A stretch of DNA of 64,000 nucleotides from Lytechinus pictus (lineage: Eukaryota). The DNA lies in contig NC_087251.1 of NCBI RefSeq assembly GCF_037042905.1, positions 2,048,001 through 2,112,000 on the forward strand, in the 5' to 3' direction. The translations under genes and the position numbers were made by a program. The notes under the pieces are model-generated. The model did no database searches, had not been told where the DNA came from, and worked only from the letters and a program-made list of their open reading frames with translations. Shown here in pieces: positions 26,198-38,319 of the stretch (the stretch's first letter is position 1; the number at the start of each line of letters is the position of its first letter).

Positions 26198-26777
26198 TTA
26201 AGTTGGAAAAATAGGAACGAAAGAACAGCAAAGACAATAACTGCAGCCTCCCCTAGATTATAGGCTAGGGTTCTCATGCAGTGCAGAGAAACGAGTGATA
26301 ACAGCCCATATGGTTTAATATCAGTCAGTGGCTAAAGACATGAAAAAGGAAGAAAAATGGGGAAAACGAGAAAAGTAGATCTGCGTCAGGTTACACTATT
26401 ATCATGATCATACCCCAATTTTTATTTGAAAAAATATTACGTCAACCTCATGTCATGATGAACCCCACCTCCCCCGCCCCCGCTCATCGATCAGATACTG
26501 CACCTATACGGCCAGTAATTGATAAAGGCCTGGTCACACCGCCCAAGCGTTGTTGGAGCGTTCGTGGAGCGGTAGGGAGAGAGGGTCGAATTTCGACAAC
26601 GCTCGTCACCGCTCACAAAATTGGGGAAAAAATCGAAAACATGGGCGTTGCCTTAGCGGTGCACCGCTGAAGCCAGCGTAGCTTTAGCGTTGGTTTAACG
26701 GAGGCGAGCGGTCGCGAGCGTTGGTTTAGCAGTGACTCGAGCGTTGATAGAGCGGAGTTCTGCGCATGCGGGCGTCG

Positions 26778-27866
26778 CACAGTGGGCCAGAATGAGTTGA
26801 AAGTGCGCCAAAATTACTTTCCGTTTTATATTTTTACTTTAACAAGTAGATTAAGGGTAGTTTTGGGCGTAGAATCGACTGAACATAATTTAAAGCCCAT
26901 ATGACGTCACGTTGATACCAAATTTTGATTGGCTGCTTAAGACCTATCTGTGAAAAGAAAAATTACGCTGAACAATGTGAAGTATATAAACTTTGTGTTA
27001 TGTGTTAATTTAAGATTGATCAGAGTGAATATTGGTTTATGCTTCTCACATGCCTAAAAAGTGTGTATGAGATCCTGAAAATAATGTTATGGCATCAAAA
27101 TGATCGATCATTAGATTTAAAAAATACTTTAAAATCTGAAAAATATTAACCGTGCTTTATCAAGCTGTGTATATAGACTTGGTTAAAACGCAGAGTATAC
27201 CCAGTTGTTGTGTGTCCGGACAGGTTGTGTGTCCGGACAATAAATTTTAGAAAGTCATTTGGAAAAATTTACAAGCGAAGTTTCATCAATTTTTAGTGCA
27301 AAATGTAAGGAAATGTTATAGAGAACAAAATGGAAGATGATAACAACTATTGAATTCATATTTTTAGTGTAATCCAAAGACAAAAAAGAAGGCTTCAAAA
27401 ATATAAAGTGTCCGGACACCCGACCCCCCATCCTATATAACACAACGAATGTTTTACTATGATGAGGGTTTTTGGCTGAAATTATTCTACAAGTAACTTT
27501 TATATCTGGAAGAGGGCTGGGTAGTCCTTATATGCGTTATCAACCTTCATTTGTTTACATTATGCCCGGAATTTCATAGAATGGAAGGGGAATCGTCCCC
27601 GCCGTGCAAAATTGCAAAAATGAACGGCAATGTACACCCCACACGGTGCGCTGCGATGACTGCACGGTATGAAAATGACCGTTTTTGAACAGGTTTTTTG
27701 GGTGATGTCTCAAGTAAAATCGGCTCTAACATAAAAACGGGCAGCTAAATGTGGTATCGACTTAAAGCTTAGACACCGGGCGAAATGATGATGATAGAAT
27801 TTAAACGGAAATCAAAACGTTTCTCATGTAAATGCAAAAAACATGGATTATCAGCCCATTTCGATT
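26778..27866 (-). mobile_element. Truncated non-autonomous Transib copy, inverted relative to 28095-29319
   Basis: Begins CACAGTGGGCCAGAATGAGTTGAAAGTGCGCCAAAATTA, the reverse complement of the 29319 end. Homology runs to about 28452 of the other copy. Carries an extra insertion at about 27200-27434. Confidence 0.8.
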
Positions 27867-28094
27867 CCAAATGAGCTCCTTATTCATTTCTACCCGTATT
27901 TATAGCCAAATTCTGATACCGCTCCGACACCTCCATACCAACGCTAAACCAAGGTTCATCACCGGAATGGATCGCTACTTTAACACCCAGCACCGTTCCA
28001 GCAATCCCGTGTCTGCTCGGAAAACGCTTACAACCGCTCCACCAAAGTTTGTGAACCGTTTGATCACCGGCCGGGCAACGCTGTCGAAGCAGCG

Positions 28095-29319
28095 CACAGT
28101 GGGCCGGGGCGAAACAAAAGTGCGCCAAAAGTCATTTTGGGCAATTTCAGATTTTTAATTTTTGTCATGCCCAGCTGAAAGACAACACTTTGAAGAATAC
28201 TTCAGCAAAATATTTCATTCTGGAATTTGCATAAAGGTTGTTAATTTCCTACCTCAAATCGTAAAATGTGACATTTTGCGAAATGCCGTGTATATGGCAA
28301 CTTAGTTGAAAAACAAGCTATTTCACAGGAAGTTTTTCATGTAGGAATCTGAAATGGCACCCACATAATTCTGATATATTCTTTTTTCGTGTGAAAGGGT
28401 TCAAAGTAGATAAAAGAGACATTTCAGGAGGTTTATAGGATAATTATTCCTCGAAATAGGTGGATAATCCATGTTTTTTGCATTTACATTAGAAACGTTT
28501 AGATTTCCGTCGATTTCCGTTTAAATTCTATCATCATCATTTTGCCAGATGTCTAAGCTTTAAGTCGATACCAAATTTAGCTGCCCGTTTTTGCCCGTTT
28601 TTATATGAGAGCCGATTTTACTTGAAACAACACCTCCAAAACCTGTTAAAAAACGGTCATTTTTATACCGCGCAGTCATCGCAGCGCACCGTGTGGGGTG
28701 TACATTGCCGTTCATTTTTGCACGGCGAGGACGATTCCCCTTCCATTCCATGAAAATGACATGAATTCCGGGCATAATGCAAACAAAATAAAGGTTGATA
28801 AGGCATATAAGGGCTACCCGCCCCTCTTCCAGACATAAAAGTTACTTGTAGAATAATTTCAGCCAAAAACCCTCCTCATAGTAAAACATTCGTGGTGTTA
28901 TATACTCTGCGTTTTACCCAAGTCTACACCGCTTGATAAAGCACGGTTAATATTTTTCAGATTTCTAAGTATTTTTTTTTAATCTTATGGTCATTTTCAT
29001 GCCATGTAATTATTTTCAGGATCTTATACACACTTTTTAGGCATGTGAGAAGCATAAACCAACATTCACTCTGGTCAATCTTAAAGTAACACATAACCGA
29101 AAGTTTATATACTGCACAGTGTTTAGCGTAATTTGTCTTTTCACAGATTTAATGTTTTAAGTAGCCAATCAAACTTTGGTATCAAAGTGACGTCATATCG
29201 GCTTTAAATTATTTTCAGTCGATTCTACGCCCAAAATTACCCATATTCAACATGTTAAAGTAATAATATAACCCGGAATATAATTTTGGCGCACTTTCAA
29301 CTCATTCTGGCCCACTGTG
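28095..29319 (+). mobile_element. Complete non-autonomous Transib-type element
   Basis: CACAGTGGGCC ... GGCCCACTGTG termini and an exact 5-bp GC-rich TSD CAGCG (28090-28094, 29320-29324); no transposase ORF. Confidence 0.9.
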
Positions 29320-30163
29320 CAGCGGTTGTCCAGCGTTCAAGATTTCTGCGTTGGCCTAGCGGACCCAAGCGCCAGTCACGAACTTTCGTCTAGCGGTGCC
29401 AAACTTTGACTGGGCGTTGTTAGAGCGGTAGTCAACTTTGCTGGAGCGGAAAATTGCCCGCTCCTCACCGCTCGCAATATTTTGAGCAGCTCAAAACTTT
29501 CGGAGCGGTAGGAGGGACCATCAGCAGTGGCCGAGCGTATTCGGCGTTGCCTTAACGGAGGCCAACTTTGGTTAAACTGTGGTGAACGGTAGCGAGCGGT
29601 GATGATTTTTTTCTCTCCGCTCCACGACCGCTCCAACAACGCTCGGGCGTTGGACAACCTAAGACCAGGCCTTAACATCAGTGAGGTGCGACTAACTGAT
29701 TGAGGTTGATAAAAACGTTCATGGAGCTTCGTCTCTTTATTGTATGTATACTATATAGGAAGTCAATGATTTACCAGCTTTCGTGGCGGATAGTTGACTA
29801 TCCCTATTGAACGCTTTGTGTTCGTTACGTAATTTCCGGAAATGAGCAATATTGACGTTTCACAAAGTACTCAAAGAACTAACACGATCTTACGTCGAAA
29901 TCAACAAATTAAATACCGAGACAACGTACATTGTGCCTAGAACGCCAAACTGCTATTATATCGTCATGATCATGAACCTAAAACAGCCTGAGATATTAAT
30001 ACAGCTCAGCCCCATTGACTCAATCATACAATAGGAAGGTTAATACAGAATATCCGGATAGACAGTGAGGATTGTCAAAGCTGGCACCCGTTAATATTAA
30101 AGTGGCTCATATTCAAGTTCTGAGAATTATGCTATTTTGCTGGTCCGTTTTGCATATCTTCAA

Positions 30164-30770
30164 AGGACAAGTCCATCCCAACAGAAAGTTGATTGAATAA
30201 AAAGAGAAAATCCCAACAAGCAAAATACTAAAATTTCATCAAAATCGAATAATAAAAAGTTATGACATTTTGAAGTTTCGCTTATTTTCACAAAACAGTT
30301 ATCTGCACATCCTGCAGGTCTGTACGCAAATGAGGGAACTGATTACATCACCCACTAACTATTTCTTTTGTATTTTATTATCTGAAATATGAAACATTAT
30401 AATTTTCCCTCATAATTCTGTGAAACAATGTTTTATTCCTTCCTGAACATGTGTAATTTTTGTACCATTACTTAAACACTTTATCATGGTTCAGTCAAGT
30501 TGGTCATTATTGCCAAATCTGTAAAAACTGAAATATTGTACAATTCAAACAATAAAAAACAAAAGAAATAGTGAGTGCTGGACATCATTGACTTTCTCAT
30601 TTGCATGTCACTGAATCGTGTTTAATAACTGTTTTGTGAAAAGTAAGCAAAATTTTAAAATGTCATAACTTTCTTATTTTACATCCAATTTTGATGAAAT
30701 TTTCAGCATTATGCTTGTTCGATTTTCTCTATTGATTTAAATAAAAAAAATTCTGGGGTGGACTTGACCT
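30164..30770. mobile_element. TTAA-type MITE (Kolobok-like), family A
   Basis: aggacaagtccatccca ... tggggtggacttgacct|TTAA. Confidence 0.8.
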
Positions 30771-31545
30771 TTAATAATGTTAAATAATCCAATCAGTGAT
30801 CTTATTCATTGAAAGTCAGGCCAGCAAAACAACGAAATTTGCCCGTTGCCCCAGTTCTTGATACCACGATAGGCCGCTTCGATTTTTAATCGTGCACAAA
30901 TCGTAACACACTCGTGGTGATCAAATCTGACGTCATCTTGGGGAGAGTCGTAGCAATAGTAATAATCAGACCTACATGTATTAGGAGTCGACGCTTTATC
31001 GGCTTGACAAGACATATGCTCCCCTATTTGAAATATAATTTGCTTTTATGACGTATTACAGATAAAAGGGTTGAAGGTGAAAGTCCGGAAAAGAAATGTA
31101 AACCTGAAGAGCCAAAAAAGTGGGAAAATAAAGCAATAAAATTACATAAACGTGGATAAAAGGCAAATAGTGCCTTGACTGTCCATCACTGTTATTTAGA
31201 TGGCGCTCTAAATTTCGATGATAACAAGTACATTGCATCCATGGTCTTCGCGACTCATGTTATCTTTATTTTGTACAAGGGATAGCATGAACAAAATCAA
31301 TTAAGTATTTCCTTCGAAAGAAATTTACACTTTTGATATATGTATTTTCTAATCCAGCATTTCTTATACTTATTCTTTTTCGTATTCTTATTGGTTTTTA
31401 AATCTAGTCCATCATAAAATGCTTTTAAAAGGAGATTATAAAACCCAACTTCTCCATTCTCAGTAAATATTCTGATAATGTATGATCAGGTTTCTTTTCT
31501 TTTTCCTCTTTCGTTTTTATAGGAATTATCGATGATAATATTAAA

Positions 31546-31550
<5 letters not shown>

Positions 31551-31602
<52 letters not shown>
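31551..31602. repeat. (TA)n microsatellite
   Basis: Directly visible; abuts the Penelope-like terminus. Confidence 0.95.
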
Positions 31603-31604
<2 letters not shown>

Positions 31605-31660
31605 CGTAAAATAATCCAGGCATTGACGATAGACGTAGCTTTCAAGGTATCTTATTTAAT

Positions 31661-31693
31661 GCTAGCTTTCGGCCAGTAGGGCCTTCATCAGGC
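31661..31693 (-). ncRNA. Minimal hammerhead ribozyme-like motif of a Penelope-like element terminal repeat
   Basis: The minus strand reads gc-CUGAUGA-a-GGCC-cuacu-GGCC-GAAA-GC-UA-gc: conserved core, 4-bp stem II and a palindromic AGCU stem III remnant. Stem I is weak. Confidence 0.6.
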
Positions 31694-34600
31694 CTATATG
31701 TATTGAAATAAACAAAACAAAATAGAACAAAACCATACAAATAAAATCGTAATGACAACAAAGTAAATAAAGGATAACAAGAGGTAAAGAACAGAAGGAT
31801 AACAGTAAAATAACAAAAGAGGGGGTAATGAATTAAACGAGATGGTTGAGTGCAATAGAAAACGATTTGGTAACTTAAACTGTGAAGAAAGACAAGGTAT
31901 TTACCGGCAATGAGATTAACTTGGGTTTCTGGGCATTTGGAGGGTGGTTAGCCTGTGTGGTATGTACTGTGAATTAAAATAAGGGATAATGTTTCATGTA
32001 AAATGACAAATCGTTTCAGTATTATATTATTCTAATATTTCATATTTAAGTACATAACTATATTGATATATTCATACGTTTACGTTTACATACATATTCA
32101 TACGTTTACAAGTAATAAAGGAATTGGTGGTACAAGTTATAGTTTGAGAGCTTGATATTAAATGTTCTATTATGTATAAATACATAAATATAAAAGTATA
32201 AAAAGTACATTGTTATGCGCAGGGAAATATATGTATAATTAATATTGATATTTGAGCGGTAAGCAACATAATAAACATAATAAACATACAGTCATAAAGA
32301 GCAAGGAAATCACAAACAACCAATGAAATAATCAGGTAATCAAGTAATCAGGATACTAAACCATGTAAACTGTGTGGGGTAAAGAGACGTAGCTATAACA
32401 CTATATGGAAGTTGTGGACTGTTGGGACGAGGGAGACTGTAAAATAAACAACGAAATGGGTCGGAGAGAGATATGTAAATGGTTCAATAAATACCAAACA
32501 TAATTATTATACATGTATATATGTCTATATATTATACAAGATCAGATCATATTAAATACAGAAATAGTTCCCTAATATTCCGGTGCCAGAGAGAGTGTGT
32601 CGAAGGTGTGAATGTATGAGGTCAAGTGAAGTGAATGAGGGTGTGGGTGTGTGTGTGTGTGAATGTGGGTGTGGGTGGATGTGTGTGTGTATGGGGGTAG
32701 TGTTGTTCTTTCAAAGTTCCAATCGCGTATTCATGTTGTTTCACTTTTAATGGTGTTTTAATGAGGAGCACTCTGGAGTCTAGGCACGTATCAGACACCT
32801 ATAAATCCTCTTTGCGATAGAAAGACAAGAAATGGCAGACAAAACATCCCACAAAGAATGATAGTCATGATCAGATAGACAATTGTCTTCGTCAAAAGGG
32901 GGAAACCCCGAGGATCTGGTCTTGACAGGAAATTAAACATTTTATACGTGACAAGGAGGAATAAAAAGAGGCCAGAGAGAGAGAAATAAAAGGTGGAGAT
33001 TGAGGGTGGGGGTGAGGAGAGGGGATAATCATTATACATCACTCAAAATGTCTTTGGTTCGAACATATTATTATACTAAATTGTCAAGTTATACAGTCAG
33101 ATAACAATCTTTAACTCTTAATTTTCATTTATTTTCATATTATATACTTTTTAGTCTCTGCCATGCATCAAAGCCCGTAATAGAGCTTGTAGTTCATTAT
33201 GTACATTTAGGAAAATAATAATATTTCATATACATTCTTTCTTGTGCGCCTCTGAATAGAATATTTCTAGATAGATGGCGTCATGTAAACGCCTATTATT
33301 ATAATTTTCATTAATATTATCATTAACACGATAAAATGTTAAGTAAAACGAAAATTCTGAGGACAAGTCTAAGGACATCAAGAGCACAAAAAGAATCTTG
33401 TATCACTGTTTCACAAAATCGGGTAACGCTTAAACAGCGCTATTAAACTCATTATTCATCGAAATGTTAAGAAAATATTTTTTGGCCTGTTTTATTGTTC
33501 TCCCTTTGGTAAACAAGTGAACTCATTCTAAAAATCATTTCAAATTCGATTATACGTTTCACTTTTTTGCACACTAGAGAATTTGTCGACTTTCACAACA
33601 TGCCTACGTTTCATTTTATATCTGCCTGACCTATATGTCACGCATGATCAGTTGATAACTGTGATCAAATCAGAATTAAGAGACAGGTGTAGAAGAAGCC
33701 ACCGTGTTATATCACAGTTAGGATCTATCTCGGATTTTAATATTCAAATCAGATCTCAATAAGAATCACGCCCCTTTAAATAATACTCACGTTCTGTTTC
33801 TATCTCTTTGCCCCTCCCTATCCATCTCTTTCCAAATGATTTATTACCATGTATCTGTCAGTGGTTGTGCCTTTATGACTTTTTTTAGTATCCCTCCCCT
33901 AACATTCAACACTCTATTTCTCTTTCTTGTTTTGTTTGTGATATACCTCTCACCTTTTGCTAAAATTGATCATTCCCCTCTCTCTATTTCAATGTGTTTT
34001 ATTCTGTTTTATTTGTGCATTTTGCTACCTATTTCCATTCCCTTTTCTCTTGTAACGCGTTTTCTTCTGTCTTTCCCCCATCATCCACAATCTCTTACAA
34101 TATGTTTATATCTTGTCCATTTGTCTGTCTATCTCCCATTTCCCCCTTCAATTTATTAGTCTGTCTAGAGGGATAGAGAGAGGGGGTGGAGGCCCGGATG
34201 GAGGGTCTGTTCTCAGTTCTTTCACCTGCAGGGACGAACTCCTTTACAAAAAAAATAGGAAAACCTTGGCAAATACGAGTTAAATCAAGGGGAATACGAT
34301 TACATAACTTATCTCCAAAATCGATGAAATCATTCCATCCTGGTTTACTCGCAAACATACTGGCAAGTAATCGAGCATTAATAGTTGCATTACCGGGAAG
34401 GATTCACATCCAAGTTATCGTCATGTTCGATCGCGGGAAAATAGTTTGGTTGATGATCTTTGGTCGATAAGCTTTCTCATTTTTTTTCTATAAAATGTGC
34501 TTCTTTGCTCAAAATGTATAATTGATGGGACAAATAGAGATTCCTGTCAGTGGAGGGAAAGTTTACACCCCTGCACAGTGTAAACACGTTGATTCTAGGC

Positions 34601-36599
34601 TTTGCTTCTCTTAAAAAAGTTCTAACACAATAGACATTCATAAATCAATAATTTTCTATTCCGAGGAGAACTTATCAACAGAAGTGTGTTCAGACCCTAT
34701 TTTCATTCAAGTATACTACAAATTTCCATCAAAAGTGTGCGGTAGATCACTTGAAATGAAATGGAAATATGCCCTTCAGATCAGCTTGGTCACTCCACTC
34801 CATTAGTTCATATAATGTGTTTAAAACTCCCAGAGAATAATGAAACGTCCACTCTGAAAACAATTTACTCATATTAAAATAGATTTATCATATCAAATAT
34901 CAGAATTAATTCAATTTTCTTGTTAAAATAAACGAGTATCTTTATTTATTCATTTTTTAATGAAAATCATATCAAGAGCCTCTCTCATTAGTTACAGGTA
35001 TCTATCTAAATTTGAATACAATCAGAACATCACTGACAGTATCGCATGCATTACGTGATTCAATATCAGAAGCAGTTTTGAGTTTTTAATTTTGTTTTCT
35101 AACAAGAGAGAAAGAGAGAAACCCCATATATCTGATAATTAAAGTTCGTTGACCTCAAAGACTACTGAATTTTGTTTAAAATCATTCATTTCAAAAGTTT
35201 CTAATTTCAAGATTGTCACTTTCATTGACCAATCACTCCCCATCAAAACATATAGGCTGTTTTACGACTTGCGAGAAAAGAAATGTTATGATAGCGATTT
35301 GCTAAACTCATTAATTCATTCTTAAACCAAAAAAAAATACAAAAGAAATGATAGAAAACGAGTAGGTATATACGATATTTTACTATTATTCCCACGTTCT
35401 ACATAACTTATATTTCGATTTCAAGAAATATAATGACATTAGTCTGGGTATGTGCAAGACTTGACACCTAACCATATTGGTACCCTGGCAAAGAGGTCAA
35501 TTTACACAACCTGAGAAATTGTTGAAAATTGCCCCGAAGGTCTGAAAATAAAGGGTATAAAGAATATAATATCAGATGAAATGCAATAAGAGACTGTCAA
35601 AATATACTCGAAACAATAGTAAACATTAGACTAGACCTTTGGCATTCAATCGAGACATCTTAACGTAAAAGAAGGCCATCTATTTTAGTTTGCATTATCT
35701 CTTCTTACTTAAATGGTAAATCCACCTCAACATAATGATTTTATTACAAAGAGGAAAATCAAACAAGCATAATGTTTAAAACACGATTAAAATCCAGTGT
35801 AAAATAGGAGAGCTATGATATTTAAAATTCACCCTATAACCCCCCCCCCCCCCTCATTTTTATTTGCACAACACAGTGGTTCACAATGGGGGAAGTCGAT
35901 GTTGTCACTCGCTCACTATTTCTCGTGTAATTTCTGCAGATTTGCAATGTTGTTATAAAAATAATGATAATGATAATTGTTGTCATTATAATTATCGTTA
36001 TTATCATTATTATATTATCATTATTATTTTACTTATCTATACAGTATTAATACTTTACAAGCAGCAAGCTTTAAGCTCAGGTAAAAAATGAAATATATCT
36101 TCACCATGTTTACCTTCAAACATGATTTGCTCTAATCCAACACGGAAATCTGAACATGAATAATATTTACAAATCAATTAGGCTGTTCGACACTGATTTA
36201 TTTATCAGACACACTTATCAAAAACTGTTATGAAGGAAAATTAATGTATATATAATGCATAAAGCGATGCATAATATAACATCCCTCTTCGGAGCCAACG
36301 AATAAGTTATGTATTTTGCACATGCACTCGCCCACACCCTTATACTTTGTATGAAACCCTTATGATTAGGGCCTTCATAGGCCTTTTTTTTTCTTTTCTC
36401 GTCTCTCGACCCCTTTTTTTCACTTTTGACAAATTTATCATTCAAGTGCCCGAATGCATTAACGAATAATAATTTCAAGTAATATACACATTTTAAGATA
36501 TGTTCGAATCCAGAAATAGTAATTTAAACCCAGATGGAGAGAGGGCCTTTGGAGAAGAGTGCAACCAACGACCGTACCTCCTTCAATCAACTAGCCTTA

Positions 36600-37913
36600 C
36601 CGTAACGAATACACATTAACCACACTCACACTGTGTTAACACTGTATTCACATAGTCACTCCACTGCGACATTTGGCATATATTTGCACACTGTGAGTGA
36701 GTGACTACATACTGAGTGAAAAAAGTGCTAGTACTTTATCGCAGTGGAATGAGTCAGAATGAGAATGTGAACACAGTGTGAAAAATACAACATAACAAAT
36801 TGACTTTTTTCCTACATAGTTCACACTGTATGAAAACGTGTTGAAATTTTGTAACAGTAGAATAAACACAGTGTTGACACACTGTATTTCACTGTATGTT
36901 TTTTTTTCTGGCATGGGTGTGTGTAAATCAGACATACAGTCAATCTGCACAAATATCGTTACCATGAAATTCGAATGTACTTGACGTTACTTTCTATCAG
37001 AATTTCAGTCAGAAAACATTTTTTCTTTCTAACCGAACTGGGCCCCTCAAACTACGGAATTGACTTTCAGTGCATATTCAATCAAAATATGCAAAATTTA
37101 TCATCACACAGTGATAGCAATGTGTTGAGCAACTGCCACACAGCGGAAATATTTTCAACAGTATGGTCTCACTATGTGAACACACTTTGCTAAACGAATG
37201 AGATTTAATAAGGAATTTCTTCAACACGGAGTTCTTTTCATCTTTTTACTGCATGGGCAGTGTGTGAACATGCGAACGTATTGTAACTGTGAATTTCACA
37301 TAGGTGCAAGAGTTTTACTACGTGAGTGCAGTTTTAAAACAGGAAACTGAATGAGTAACGTACGTGTATAATTTTCAATTTATGAATAGAAGAAAGGAAA
37401 ACAAGAAACTGATGAAACACTAATAATCTTTAGAATTATTCCCTGATATAAATCATTAAAATACTACCGATTTTTAGTTTAAAATGATGAAAATAGAAAC
37501 AGTTTTCGCTTAACACTGTTTTTCGACAGATTCAAGAACACATTAAATGTATTAAACATGTTCGCTAAATGACAAAGTCCATTTGGGAGGTACTAGTATT
37601 TGTTGAAAATTGGTGAGTCGGAACAGCAATTATACGTCCTAAGCTGACGAAAAATTGCAAATTTGTGCAGAGTCCGGGAAGAAACTGTTGTTTTGATTCA
37701 CCAGTTTTCGACAAAGAATTTTTGGTTGTTCATTATCACGTAGGGCATTTGACAATGGATGGTCTATGCTCTTGAATACGTATACGCGTCTTGGAAAGAA
37801 AACTACCTATGCGATACACGCGCTATATATCTTGTTCACATTGTGTTCACACTGTGGACACAATGTGTTCATAAATGAAATCAATACAATGTGTTTCTAT
37901 TTATCTGGCAGGG
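36600..37913. mobile_element. Probable truncated CMC/EnSpm-like element
   Basis: Many CACAGTG/CACTGTG-like motifs; right end ...tatttatctggcaGGG; no left TIR found. Confidence 0.4.
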
Positions 37914-38136
37914 AGGGAGAGAGGGGGAGAAAGAATGAGAGAGAGGGGGGAGAGAGAGAGAGAGAGAAAGGGGGATACGAGAGGAGGGGTGGGTGTGAGG
38001 GTTACAGGTGTGTTATGGTCCATATGTGAGTTTGCCTTGATGATATGATCGGAAGAGATCACTGAATACACACATCACCTGATGAGAGATCTGACCGTGA
38101 AGAACACCTGACCAGGGAAGTATTCCCTGATCTGAC

Positions 38137-38212
38137 CATGAATGTAAGCACGAGGACTGCGTTGCTTTCTCAGCCAATGAATGTAAGCACGAGGACTGCG
38201 TTGCTTTCTCAG
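38137..38212. repeat. Two-copy tandem duplication (about 39-bp period)
   Basis: atgaatgtaagcacgaggactgcgttgctttctcag occurs twice. Confidence 0.9.
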
Positions 38213-38319
38213 TCATCATCTGAAAATCAAGAGTGATTTGTCCCATCATCTTTGGCTGAGTGTAGTGGAATTCAGATTCGGAAACAATCCTATATAAGCC
38301 TAATCCCTTGTTTTATACT

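Larger units (their letters stand above)
26526..29672. mobile_element. Non-autonomous PIF/Harbinger element carrying two Transib insertions
   Basis: TAA|AGGCCTGGTC ... GACCAGGCCT|TAA, with subterminal gcgttgttggagcg inverted repeats and many AGCGG/CCGCT motifs. Confidence 0.82.

Noticed and set aside
36600..37870. Multiple CACAGTG heptamers suggesting RSSs
   Set aside because: No nonamers at 12/23 spacing and no 5-bp TSD; better explained as subterminal repeats of a CMC-like element.
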